Counted from the first letter of the stretch, positions 19,670 through 27,749 are shown. The stretch is 43,114 bases of DNA from an uncultured Candidatus Saccharibacteria bacterium (GCA_964519575.1 CAZFKV010000001.1:1-43114); one strand, 5' to 3'. Notes: generated from the letters alone by a model not told the origin. Made by a program: numbers and translations.

Positions 19670-19975
19670 TTAGTTTATGGTCGTTATTTCTATGCGTGAT
19701 AACGATTGTTTATGTCCGTGTATTTTATGGACACGTTTTTTTGCTTTGAAACGGATTGCTGTGACTTTATCAGCACGAACATTCTCTAATATTTTTGCCT
19801 TAACGGTTGCGTCTTTGACTTCGGGGGTTCCGACTTTGGTATCTTTGCCATCCGTAACTAGTAAAGGGGTGAATTGAATTGAGTCTTTGTCTGCATCAAC
19901 CAACTCCACATCAAGCACATCTCCTTCGCTAACGAGATATTGTTTTCCGCCTGTTCTGATTACCGCTCTTTTCAT
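19670..19975 (-). CDS. rplU: 50S ribosomal protein L21
   Basis: 101 aa. MKRAVIRTGGKQYLVSEGDVLDVE...RFKAKKRVHKIHGHKQ is typical of L21. It is not followed by rpmA here. Confidence 0.9.
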   Translation of the reverse strand: MKRAVIRTGGKQYLVSEGDVLDVELVDADKDSIQFTPLLVTDGKDTKVGTPEVKDATVKAKILENVRADKVTAIRFKAKKRVHKIHGHKQSLSRIEITTIN

Positions 19976-20027
19976 AACTGTGGTAGATACTACCAGACTT
20001 CGCCGCCCCTGTAAACCATTGAAATTA

Positions 20028-21125
20028 TTAAGACGAAAAAGCCAACCCTTGTCGGTGCTTACTAATTGACTGCAAAATTCCGACCATAATGAAACTAATT
20101 ATGATATGTGTCCCTCCATAAGAGATGAAGGGTAACGGAATACCAGTCACAGGTAGAAGACCAATATTCATGCCTATGTTAACTACAGCGTGAAAGGATA
20201 TTAATCCTGAGATTCCAACTGCTACATACATTGTGAAGGAATCATCTGTGTTCCAAGCAATTAGTATTGAACGACTAATAAGTGCAAATAGACTAACTAG
20301 TACTAACAGACTGCCAACAAAACCTAATTTTTCAGCAACAACTGCAAATGCGAAATCTGTATGTTGCTCAGGAAGAAAATTGAGTTGACTTTGACTTCCT
20401 CCGCTTAATCCACGACCGAATAGTTGTCCACTACCGATAGCAATTGTAGCTTGCAGTGAATTATATCCAGATCCTTGCGGATCGGCAGTAGGGTCCAGAA
20501 AGCTAGCTACTCTTTGTTGTTGGTATGGTTCAAGATTTTCGTAAGCAAAAGGTAGTATCGCCAACCCAATCAAGACAAGAACGACTAAATAATATTTTTT
20601 TACAGGTGTCATGCTTATCATTACTAACCATATGACCATAAAGACAAGTGCAGTACCGAGGTCTGGCTGTATTAGCACTAGTCCCGCCGGAAGCAGCGCG
20701 TAAAAAATCGATAGGAAAAATATCCAAAGCTTATTGATATTCTTCCCTCGTCTGTTAAACAGCCTAGCTAGTAACAATATTTCGGCTAACTTCATAATTT
20801 CTGAGGGTTGGAATTGGAAGAAACCTAGATCTATCCAACGTCGCGAACCTTGCACAGGGTCAAGCAATAAAACTGTACATAAAAGACCTAGTGACAGAAC
20901 ATAAAACCATCCTGAATATCTAGCAATCCTGGATATTTCCGAACGACTGATGAGTGTCATGATAACGACGCCAACGATGACATAAAGAAGCTGGTTCCAG
21001 GCACTGAAATCTAACAGCAGACTATCTACTTTTAAGTTAATCGAAAATAGTATCACCAGACCGATAGTTACAAGTGTTAAACTAGGAACAACCATCCCGT
21101 AATCAATTGATCTTGGTAGCTTCAT
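20028..21125 (-). CDS. SEDS-family peptidoglycan glycosyltransferase (FtsW/RodA)
   Basis: 365 aa, about 10 TM. Conserved blocks FQPSEIMKLA, QPDLGTAL, LPEQHTDFAFAV and PLPFISYGGT. I cannot tell FtsW from RodA by context. Confidence 0.85.
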   Translation of the reverse strand: MKLPRSIDYGMVVPSLTLVTIGLVILFSINLKVDSLLLDFSAWNQLLYVIVGVVIMTLISRSEISRIARYSGWFYVLSLGLLCTVLLLDPVQGSRRWIDLGFFQFQPSEIMKLAEILLLARLFNRRGKNINKLWIFFLSIFYALLPAGLVLIQPDLGTALVFMVIWLVMISMTPVKKYYLVVLVLIGLAILPFAYENLEPYQQQRVASFLDPTADPQGSGYNSLQATIAIGSGQLFGRGLSGGSQSQLNFLPEQHTDFAFAVVAEKLGFVGSLLVLVSLFALISRSILIAWNTDDSFTMYVAVGISGLISFHAVVNIGMNIGLLPVTGIPLPFISYGGTHIIISFIMVGILQSISKHRQGLAFSS

Positions 21126-23999
21126 TTAAACCTTCTGTAGACTTATAGTCACTTCACCATTGCTTACGTTTTCACTAGTTGTAAATGCATAAGTGGTTTT
21201 TGTCAGAGTCTTTGAGAGAGTTTCCTGCATAATTTCATCCTTGTGATTATCGAATGCTCTCTGTAAATCAATATCAGTGGTAGCAAGGCTAAGGTTGATG
21301 CGATTCTCAATGTCGAGACCACTTTTTTTGCGTAGACTTTGAATCCGTCTAATAACATCTCGTGCCACGCCTTCATCAATCAGTGCTTGGTCGAGTTCAA
21401 GGTCCAAGACTATTGTTGGTCTATTACCTTTTTCAACAATTATCGACTTAACATTAATTTCTTCCTGCATAATATCAATCAGTTGATCATCGAATGTTTG
21501 CTTAGAAACAATTTTTGCCGATCTGAGCGGTTGTCTTGTTTTAATCATTGCACTTGCTCTCTGTGATAGTGCGTCTGCAATGAGAATCCTCAAGGTGCTC
21601 ATTTCATGTATTAGTTCATCATCCACTGCTCCGTTTTCGGGCCAATCAAGAAGATGTACTGAATCGGTGTCATCAAGTTTTTGATATAGTTCCTCAGATA
21701 GGAATGGGGTAAAAGGCGCGAGCACGGTACTTAGTCGTACAAGAACATAGTGTAGAGTTCTATATGCGCTATTTTTATCATCATCGTCTTCCGTCTTCCA
21801 GAATCGTTTACGGCTTCGACGAACATACCAATTGCTGGCATCTTCGATAAATACAAGAATTGGCCTCATGGCACTAGGGATATCATAGGAATCCATGTTC
21901 AGTGCAACTTCCTTTGTAAGCTCGTGGACTCGAGAAACTACCCATCGATCGAGTAGATTAGTAAGATCATTTAGTGGATCATCTAAATTGCCATCCCATT
22001 CCCAGTTATCAACCTCAGCATAGAGTGAGAAGAAATCGTACATATTCCAAATCATATTTAGCTTCCTCGATATATCCCCAACATCTTTATCTAGTAAAGA
22101 ATAGTCTTCGCCGTTAAGTAGTGGCGATGAAAGAAGTAGAAATCTCAGCGAGTCTGCACCGTATGTATCCATGAGCTGATTTGGATCAGTATAATTACCA
22201 AAACTTTTACTCATTTTTCGACCGTCATTACCTGCGAGTGTTCCTGTAACGATTACATTATTGAAAGCATGTTTATCAAACAGTCCGACATTAACTGCGT
22301 GTAAATAGTAGAACCAAGCTCGTACTTGTCCGACATATTCCGCAACGAAATCACTCGGGAAACTACGATCAAATTTATCTTTATTTTCAAAAGGATAATG
22401 AAACTGAGCAAAAGGCATCGATCCACTCTCGAACCAACAATCCATCACCTTATCAATTCTTTTATACAGTAATCCGTCAATCGTAAATGTAATATCATCA
22501 ACCCATGGTCGGTGATAATCGTCCAATTCAACCCCGCTTAGTTTCTTCAGCTCAGCGTAGCTTCCAATAACCTTTATGTGTTCTTTCCCTGTACCATCGA
22601 CCGCCTTCCAAACAGGCATTGGAGTCGCCCAGAATCGATCACGACTCAAGTTCCAATCAGGGGCACTTTCAACAGTTTTTTCAAATCGACCATTTTTTAT
22701 ATGTTCTGGGAACCAATTAATGTCCTCGTTATGGGCAAGCATTTGTTTACGTTGTTTCTCAATACGCATGAACCAACTCGGGTGAGCACGATACATAATC
22801 TTTGTGCCACAACGATGACAATGCGGATAGCTGTGCGTAATATAATCAATTTTCCAGACAATTCCCTTTGCATGTAGTGTTTTTGCTATGTCTTTATTAA
22901 CATCCCAGATCTGGTAACCTTTCCAGTCACCGCTGTTGTAGAATCCATTTTCGTCGATCATGCTCACGATAGGCAGATCTTTCTCTTGAGCTAACAGAAA
23001 ATCTTCCTCGCCATATGCAGGAGCTAAATGCACAATACCACTTCCTTCTTCAGTGGATACATAATCAGCTTCATGCACAAAATGTGCTTTCTCGCCTCTG
23101 TTTTCAAACAATGGTTCATAGCGCTTTCCGACAAGTTCACTGCCTTTGAATTCGCGAATTATTTTAAATGATAACAATGCATGCTTTTCGTCAGTCAGGA
23201 CTGATTCAACTCGATCTTTGACAAGGATAAATCGATCTCCGTTAACTTCAATTTCGTTATAAATTAGGTCTTTATTAACAGCCACAGCTGTATTAGCTGG
23301 CAATGTCCAAGGTGTGGTTGTCCATGCCAGTAAACTAGCGTCGTTGTCCACTAGTTTAAACTTTACGAAAACACTTGGATCAGTTACATCTTGATAGGAA
23401 TTATCCATGGCTATTTCGGCTTTGCTCAAAGGTGTTGCACAACGGATGCAATACGGCAGCACCTTTTCGCCTTCGTAAATCATGTCTTTGTGGTGAAGTT
23501 CTTTAAACGCCCACCAAACAGATTCCATATAGTCGCGATCCATCGTTTTATAGGCACCCTTAAAATCGACCCAACGACCAATTCGATCTATGGTGTCTTC
23601 CCATTCGCTCCCCGTCTGAACCATGCTTTCACGACAGGTGTTGATATAGGTCTCTAGCCCTACCTTTGCCACATCGCGCTTGTCCTTGATGCCAAGTTTT
23701 TTCTCGACAAAGTTCTCAGCAGGCAAACCATGGCAATCCCAGCCCCATACACGCTCAACTCGTTTGCCTTTCATAGTCCAATAGCGAGGAATAGCATCTT
23801 TTACAATCGAACTCAGAAGAGTTCCGTGATGAGGTACTCCTGTTATAAACGGTGGACCATCATAAAATACATATGCATTAGTCTTCGGACGCTGCCGTAC
23901 AGAACGTTCAAAAATCTCATTTTTCTTCCAGTACACTACAAGATTCTTTTCATATTCTATTGGCTTTTTCCGACTGTTCTTTTTGAAGCGTTTTGCCAC
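21126..23999 (-). CDS. ileS: Isoleucyl-tRNA synthetase (type-2 / eukaryote-like architecture)
   Basis: 957 aa. YDGPPFITGVPHHGTLL (HIGH-type), WDCHGLPAE, a CP1 editing insertion and KMSKS (GRKMSKSFGNY). No Cys-rich zinc C-terminus. GTG start at 23999 with AGGAG 6 nt upstream. Confidence 0.95.
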   Translation of the reverse strand: MAKRFKKNSRKKPIEYEKNLVVYWKKNEIFERSVRQRPKTNAYVFYDGPPFITGVPHHGTLLSSIVKDAIPRYWTMKGKRVERVWGWDCHGLPAENFVEKKLGIKDKRDVAKVGLETYINTCRESMVQTGSEWEDTIDRIGRWVDFKGAYKTMDRDYMESVWWAFKELHHKDMIYEGEKVLPYCIRCATPLSKAEIAMDNSYQDVTDPSVFVKFKLVDNDASLLAWTTTPWTLPANTAVAVNKDLIYNEIEVNGDRFILVKDRVESVLTDEKHALLSFKIIREFKGSELVGKRYEPLFENRGEKAHFVHEADYVSTEEGSGIVHLAPAYGEEDFLLAQEKDLPIVSMIDENGFYNSGDWKGYQIWDVNKDIAKTLHAKGIVWKIDYITHSYPHCHRCGTKIMYRAHPSWFMRIEKQRKQMLAHNEDINWFPEHIKNGRFEKTVESAPDWNLSRDRFWATPMPVWKAVDGTGKEHIKVIGSYAELKKLSGVELDDYHRPWVDDITFTIDGLLYKRIDKVMDCWFESGSMPFAQFHYPFENKDKFDRSFPSDFVAEYVGQVRAWFYYLHAVNVGLFDKHAFNNVIVTGTLAGNDGRKMSKSFGNYTDPNQLMDTYGADSLRFLLLSSPLLNGEDYSLLDKDVGDISRKLNMIWNMYDFFSLYAEVDNWEWDGNLDDPLNDLTNLLDRWVVSRVHELTKEVALNMDSYDIPSAMRPILVFIEDASNWYVRRSRKRFWKTEDDDDKNSAYRTLHYVLVRLSTVLAPFTPFLSEELYQKLDDTDSVHLLDWPENGAVDDELIHEMSTLRILIADALSQRASAMIKTRQPLRSAKIVSKQTFDDQLIDIMQEEINVKSIIVEKGNRPTIVLDLELDQALIDEGVARDVIRRIQSLRKKSGLDIENRINLSLATTDIDLQRAFDNHKDEIMQETLSKTLTKTTYAFTTSENVSNGEVTISLQKV

Positions 24000-24011
24000 T
24001 TGTTTCTCCTA

Positions 24012-24250
24012 AAAATTAAAAAACCGAACTCTCTTTTGTCGAGAGTCCGGCCTAATCGCCAGACGGTACCATCTCCACTTTCACTTGATTCTCCGGTAAC
24101 GACGGATGAACTCGGCAGGTTCTAATTTGCTTCTTGTAAATTACCCTGAGCTTGTCGAATGGGTAGTTGCCTTAAGCAGTTCTTCCTGCTGCGCTGTCCC
24201 CGAGAGAACATCGTGGTCGATAGCCACTGCAAACGCATTTCCAGTACTAA
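24012..24250 (-). promoter_or_regulatory. T-box riboswitch leader of ileS (transcription-attenuation type)
   Basis: The minus-strand RNA contains the T-box sequence AGUGAAAGUGGAGAUGGUACCGUCU (24085-24061). The canonical antiterminator is GAGA-[UGGUACC bulge]-GUCUGGC-GAUUAG-GCCGGAC-UCUC (24075-24041). The mutually exclusive terminator is CCGGACUCUC-GACAAAA-GAGAGUUCGG followed by UUUUUU. An F-box-like CGUUA lies upstream. Ile codons AUC (24221-24219) and AUU (24160-24158) are specifier candidates. Confidence 0.8.
24018..24050 (-). terminator. Intrinsic terminator of the ileS T-box leader
   Basis: 10-bp stem (24050-24041 pairs with 24033-24024, one G-U), 7-nt loop, U6 tract (24023-24018). The ileS SD and GTG follow immediately. 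Confidence 0.8.
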
Positions 24251-24252
24251 CT

Positions 24253-24281
24253 AGTATAAGACGCAAGATTTGTTTACACAA
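24253..24281 (-). promoter_or_regulatory. Candidate promoter of the ileS T-box leader
   Basis: TTGTGT (24281-24276), 17-nt spacer, TATACT (24258-24253) on the minus strand. The -35 element abuts the 3' end of RNase P RNA helix P1. Confidence 0.4.
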
Positions 24282-24772
24282 GATGGCTGTCGGTAAGCCG
24301 GATTCTGTATGCACGAGCTCAGTATGCATTTGCTTGTTTCAGATTACAGATGAAATAAGCGAAAAATAGTTTCTTCTTTTGAAGCTTAATTGAACATTAC
24401 GTTAATGAAGAAAAACAATTTTGCAGCCCTTCATCTGTGAGCTGAAGCTGTGAATGCACATTGAGCTCGTGCACGGTAGTCATCTATCTGGGATGCACAT
24501 TGCTGCACACCTCGTTGCGGTCTAATCATCGACTTCGAGTGAGCACTCGTATGAAATCGATCGCCTTGCAGCGGACAGGGTTTACCTCCTCATGCCGTCA
24601 CCGACATGAGCTGCGGGCTCTTACCCCGCTCTTTTCACCCTTACCACGTAAACGCGGCGGTATTGTTTCTGTGGCACTTTCCCTACGATTACTCGCGGTT
24701 GCCGTTAGCAACTGTCCTGCTCTATGCTGTCCGGACTTTCCTCCCTATCGGGCGACTACCTCGACAGCCATG
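24280..24772 (-). ncRNA. rnpB: RNase P RNA (bacterial type A core) with a large insertion
   Basis: On the minus strand, P4 5' strand GGAGGAAAGUCCGG (24744-24731) and P4 3' strand ACAGAAUCCGGCUUA (24308-24294). P1 is AUGGCUGUCG (24771-24762) pairing perfectly with CGACAGCCAU (24292-24283). P2 is GGUAGUC/GACUACC. Conserved blocks include GGGAAAGUGCCACAGAAA, GGUAAGGGUGAAA, GGUAAGAGC and CAGAUAGAUGACUACC. About 490 nt because of a ~164-nt insert (24310-24473). Confidence 0.9.
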
Positions 24773-24798
24773 TGTAAGTATAGGTCGTTTTTACGCTT

Positions 24799-27576
24799 CT
24801 AGCTACAACCAGTAGTGGTTCCGCAGACACCACAGACATAACAACTTCCTGCTCGCATAGTCATTGCGCCACATTCGACACAGAGAGGTGCAGTCGATTC
24901 ACCCTGTTGTGGCAAGTTACTTTTATGTGTTGACTCTTCAACTGGTTCAATTGCTTCTTTGATCTGATCAGTGATTGGTTTCTCTAATCTTGCATCTGGT
25001 TCGGTTGCCAATAAGGTTGTCTGTTGAGCTTTCAAGTCATCGAGATTACTGATGCCTACCTCGATTTGGTCATCGAAACTCAAATAGTCTTTGCCAATTC
25101 GTTTGAACACATAGTCAACCAGTGAGCTGGTTGTACGAATCTCGACATCATCGGTCAAACCACTTGGAGCAAAACTCATACTAGTAAACATTCGAACATA
25201 AGCTTTGAGAGGTACACCGTACTGCAAACCATGACTAACACTTATCGCAAGACTATCCATTACTCCAGCTAGAGTAGATCCTTGCTTAGCAACCTGCATG
25301 AATAGTTCCGCTGGCGTTCCATCCTCAAACTCACCGACCGTGAAGAAGCCTTTAAGACCGGCAACTCTAAATTCGTAGGTTCTACTGTTTCGAACTTTTG
25401 GAAGCTGCCGGCGATGTGGACTTTTAACCATAAAGCCAGCCTGTGGGGTGTTTACTGCAGCTGTTGCGTCTTGTTCTTCGGCACCATCTTTCTTTGCCAT
25501 GGCGAGAGGCTGAGCAACCTTACAGTTGTCTCGATAGATGGCGACGGCTTTAAGCCCCAGTTGCCAGGCTTCTAAGTGAAGCTGTTCAATTTCTTCAACA
25601 GTCGCTTCTTCTGGCATATTGACCGTTTTACTAATCGCACCAGATAGAAACGGCTGCACTGCACCCATCATCTTGACATGGCCACGATAATGAATAGCAT
25701 TATCACCCATCGAGCAAGCAAATACTGCTTCATGATCTTTCTTTAAGTGAGGTGCACCGAGGATTGATTTCTCGGTATCGATATATTTGACGATATCCTG
25801 CACTTGGCTCTCGTTGTAGCCAAGCTGTCGCAGTGCTCGAGGCACTGTCTGGTTAACAATAATCATGTTTCCACCGCCTACCAGAGTTTTCAGCTTCGCA
25901 AGACCCAGATCTGGCTCAATACCAGTCGTATCACAGTCCATCATAAGTCCAATTGTGCCTGTTGGCGCCAACACACTGGCTTGCGCGTTACGAACTCCAT
26001 ACTGCTGAGCGAGCTCATTAGCGTCATCCCAAGCCTCAGCAGCTGCATCAAGCAAGTCTTCAGCGACAAATGCTGGATTGATGTTATCTACTTCTTCTCG
26101 ATGCATTTTGAGAACATGAAGCATACCTTCTCGGTCGTTGTTATAACCGGCGTGTGGACCAACTCGACGGGAAAGTTTGGCACTTGTTGCATAGGAATGA
26201 CCTGTCATCACAGCTGTGATGGCAGCAGCCTGTGCTCGTCCTTCATCAGAATCATATGGTAAACCTTGTGCCATCAGCAGCGCACCAAGATTAGCGTAAC
26301 CGATACCAAGTTCACGGTAAGCTTTAGCATTCTTAGTAATTTTTTCTGTTGGATACTCCGAATATCCAACCAAAATTTCCTGTGCAGTGAAGACTGTTTC
26401 TACTGTGTGCTTAAAGGCAGGTATATCGAAGCTACCATCGTCATTGAGAAACTTTAGCAGGTTCAACGAAGCGAGGTTACAAGCAGAGTTATCAAGATGC
26501 ATATACTCACTGCAAGGATTACTACCATTTATGCGACCAGCATTTGGTGATGTGTGCCATTTGTTAATCGTGGTATCGAATTGGAGCCCAGGATCAGCGC
26601 ATTCCCAAGCTGCTTCAGCAATCTGTCGCCAAATGTCTCGAGCTGGCTTTGTTTCAATCACTGAGCCATCGGTAACCGCTGTTAGATTCCACGGCTTATC
26701 ATCAACAACCGCCTGCATAAATTCATCTGTTACTCGTACAGAGTTATTAGCATTCTGATACTGAATTGAGTGAATATCGCTTCCGTTGAGATCCATATTG
26801 AAACCTGCTTCTCGCAAGGCGCGGGCTTTGCGTTCTTCGCGCGCCTTACACCAAATAAACTCTTCTACATCAGGGTGATCGACATTCATGATGACCATTT
26901 TCGCAGCACGACGCGTTTTACCGCCGCTCTTAATAGCGCCAGCACTGGCATCCGCACCTCGCATGAAAGAAAGCGGACCTGAAGCATAACCAGCACTTCC
27001 ACCAAGTCTTTCTTTAGATGAGCGAATGCTACTAACATTAAGTCCTGAACCTGACCCGCCCTTGAAGATTAGGCCTTCTTCGGTGTACCAATTCAAGATC
27101 GCTGGCATTGTGTCTTCAACAGCTAGGATGAAGCATGCACTTGCTTGTTGACGTCGGTCTTTGGCGCCGATATTGAACCACACTGGGGAATTAAATGAGG
27201 CTCTTTGGGTTGCCAAAATGTATTTCAGTTCTTGATTAAAGATTTCTGACTCGTCTTCACTAACAAAATATCCTTCTTGGGTGCCATGTCGAGTAATGGT
27301 ATCAACTACCCGATCAATAAGAGTTTTGAGTGATGCCTCGCGATTAGGATCTCCAGGTGTTCCGGAGAAATATTTTTGCGCTACAATATTGGTCGCGTTC
27401 TGTGACCAGTCTTTAGGAAATTCAATATTTTTCTGCTCAAATACTACCTTCTTGGTCATTGGATTCTCAATAAGTGAATCCCGGTGATCCCATTCCATCA
27501 TGTCGTATGGATGAGTACCGGCTTTAGTAAAATAACGGCTCATTCCGAGTGCCGTCGCTAGATCCTGTGGTGACAT
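24799..27576 (-). CDS. nrdJ: Adenosylcobalamin-dependent (class II) ribonucleotide reductase
   Basis: 925 aa. Active-site loop SNPCSEYMHLDNSACNLASLNL and thiyl-radical barrel blocks. Cys-rich C-terminal tail CVECGAMTMRAGSCYVCGVCGTTTGCS. No small-subunit gene nearby. Resembles the long actinobacterial-type NrdJ. Confidence 0.88.
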   Translation of the reverse strand: MSPQDLATALGMSRYFTKAGTHPYDMMEWDHRDSLIENPMTKKVVFEQKNIEFPKDWSQNATNIVAQKYFSGTPGDPNREASLKTLIDRVVDTITRHGTQEGYFVSEDESEIFNQELKYILATQRASFNSPVWFNIGAKDRRQQASACFILAVEDTMPAILNWYTEEGLIFKGGSGSGLNVSSIRSSKERLGGSAGYASGPLSFMRGADASAGAIKSGGKTRRAAKMVIMNVDHPDVEEFIWCKAREERKARALREAGFNMDLNGSDIHSIQYQNANNSVRVTDEFMQAVVDDKPWNLTAVTDGSVIETKPARDIWRQIAEAAWECADPGLQFDTTINKWHTSPNAGRINGSNPCSEYMHLDNSACNLASLNLLKFLNDDGSFDIPAFKHTVETVFTAQEILVGYSEYPTEKITKNAKAYRELGIGYANLGALLMAQGLPYDSDEGRAQAAAITAVMTGHSYATSAKLSRRVGPHAGYNNDREGMLHVLKMHREEVDNINPAFVAEDLLDAAAEAWDDANELAQQYGVRNAQASVLAPTGTIGLMMDCDTTGIEPDLGLAKLKTLVGGGNMIIVNQTVPRALRQLGYNESQVQDIVKYIDTEKSILGAPHLKKDHEAVFACSMGDNAIHYRGHVKMMGAVQPFLSGAISKTVNMPEEATVEEIEQLHLEAWQLGLKAVAIYRDNCKVAQPLAMAKKDGAEEQDATAAVNTPQAGFMVKSPHRRQLPKVRNSRTYEFRVAGLKGFFTVGEFEDGTPAELFMQVAKQGSTLAGVMDSLAISVSHGLQYGVPLKAYVRMFTSMSFAPSGLTDDVEIRTTSSLVDYVFKRIGKDYLSFDDQIEVGISNLDDLKAQQTTLLATEPDARLEKPITDQIKEAIEPVEESTHKSNLPQQGESTAPLCVECGAMTMRAGSCYVCGVCGTTTGCS

Positions 27577-27700
27577 AGCTCCCCCTTTTATTATTTTTTA
27601 GAGTGGTCAATGATAAATCCGTTCTCTAGGCGGATTATCATTAGCGACTACTCTCTCACAACTTTTTGTTTGGTCTTTTTGTCTCTTTATGACCATTAGC

Positions 27701-27729
27701 ATTGTATGCTACAAAAAGATGCGAGACAA
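27701..27729 (-). promoter_or_regulatory. Candidate promoter of nrdJ
   Basis: TTGTCT (27729-27724), 17-nt spacer, TACAAT (27706-27701) on the minus strand, just after the nrdR stop. A perfect 15-bp palindrome TAGCATACAATGCTA (27711-27697) overlaps the -10. Confidence 0.4.
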
Positions 27730-27749
27730 GAGTCTTTAATATTAAATAT

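Noticed and set aside
19976-20027. Small hairpin GGUAG-UAU-CUACC upstream of rplU, considered as a possible L21 leader. Also an AU-rich hairpin UUAUGCU...AGCAUAA (19620-19645 region) after rplU.
   Set aside because: They are too short and AU-rich to distinguish from chance, and bear no resemblance I can verify to the known L21 leader motif.
23730-24815. ORFs 23730-24125(+), 24106-24369(+), 24141-24329(-), 24461-24802(+) and 24606-24815(+).
   Set aside because: They overlap the ileS start, the T-box leader and RNase P RNA. They have no Shine-Dalgarno, their composition is Cys/Arg/Leu-rich and typical of translated structured RNA, and the region is fully explained by ncRNA.
25804-26262. 152-aa antisense ORF inside nrdJ, and similar long antisense ORFs in ileS, infB and ftsZ.
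   Set aside because: The opposite strand carries strongly conserved enzyme sequence. The antisense ORFs lack SDs and have low-complexity, Cys/Ser-rich composition.
24799-27576. Looked for an intein or an intron-like interruption in the 925-aa NrdJ (RNRs are frequent intein hosts), and also in PriA and IleRS.
   Set aside because: The catalytic blocks are contiguous. I saw no Cys/Ser-initiated splicing block or terminal HN-Cys/Ser/Thr junction, and the length is consistent with long actinobacterial-type NrdJ.
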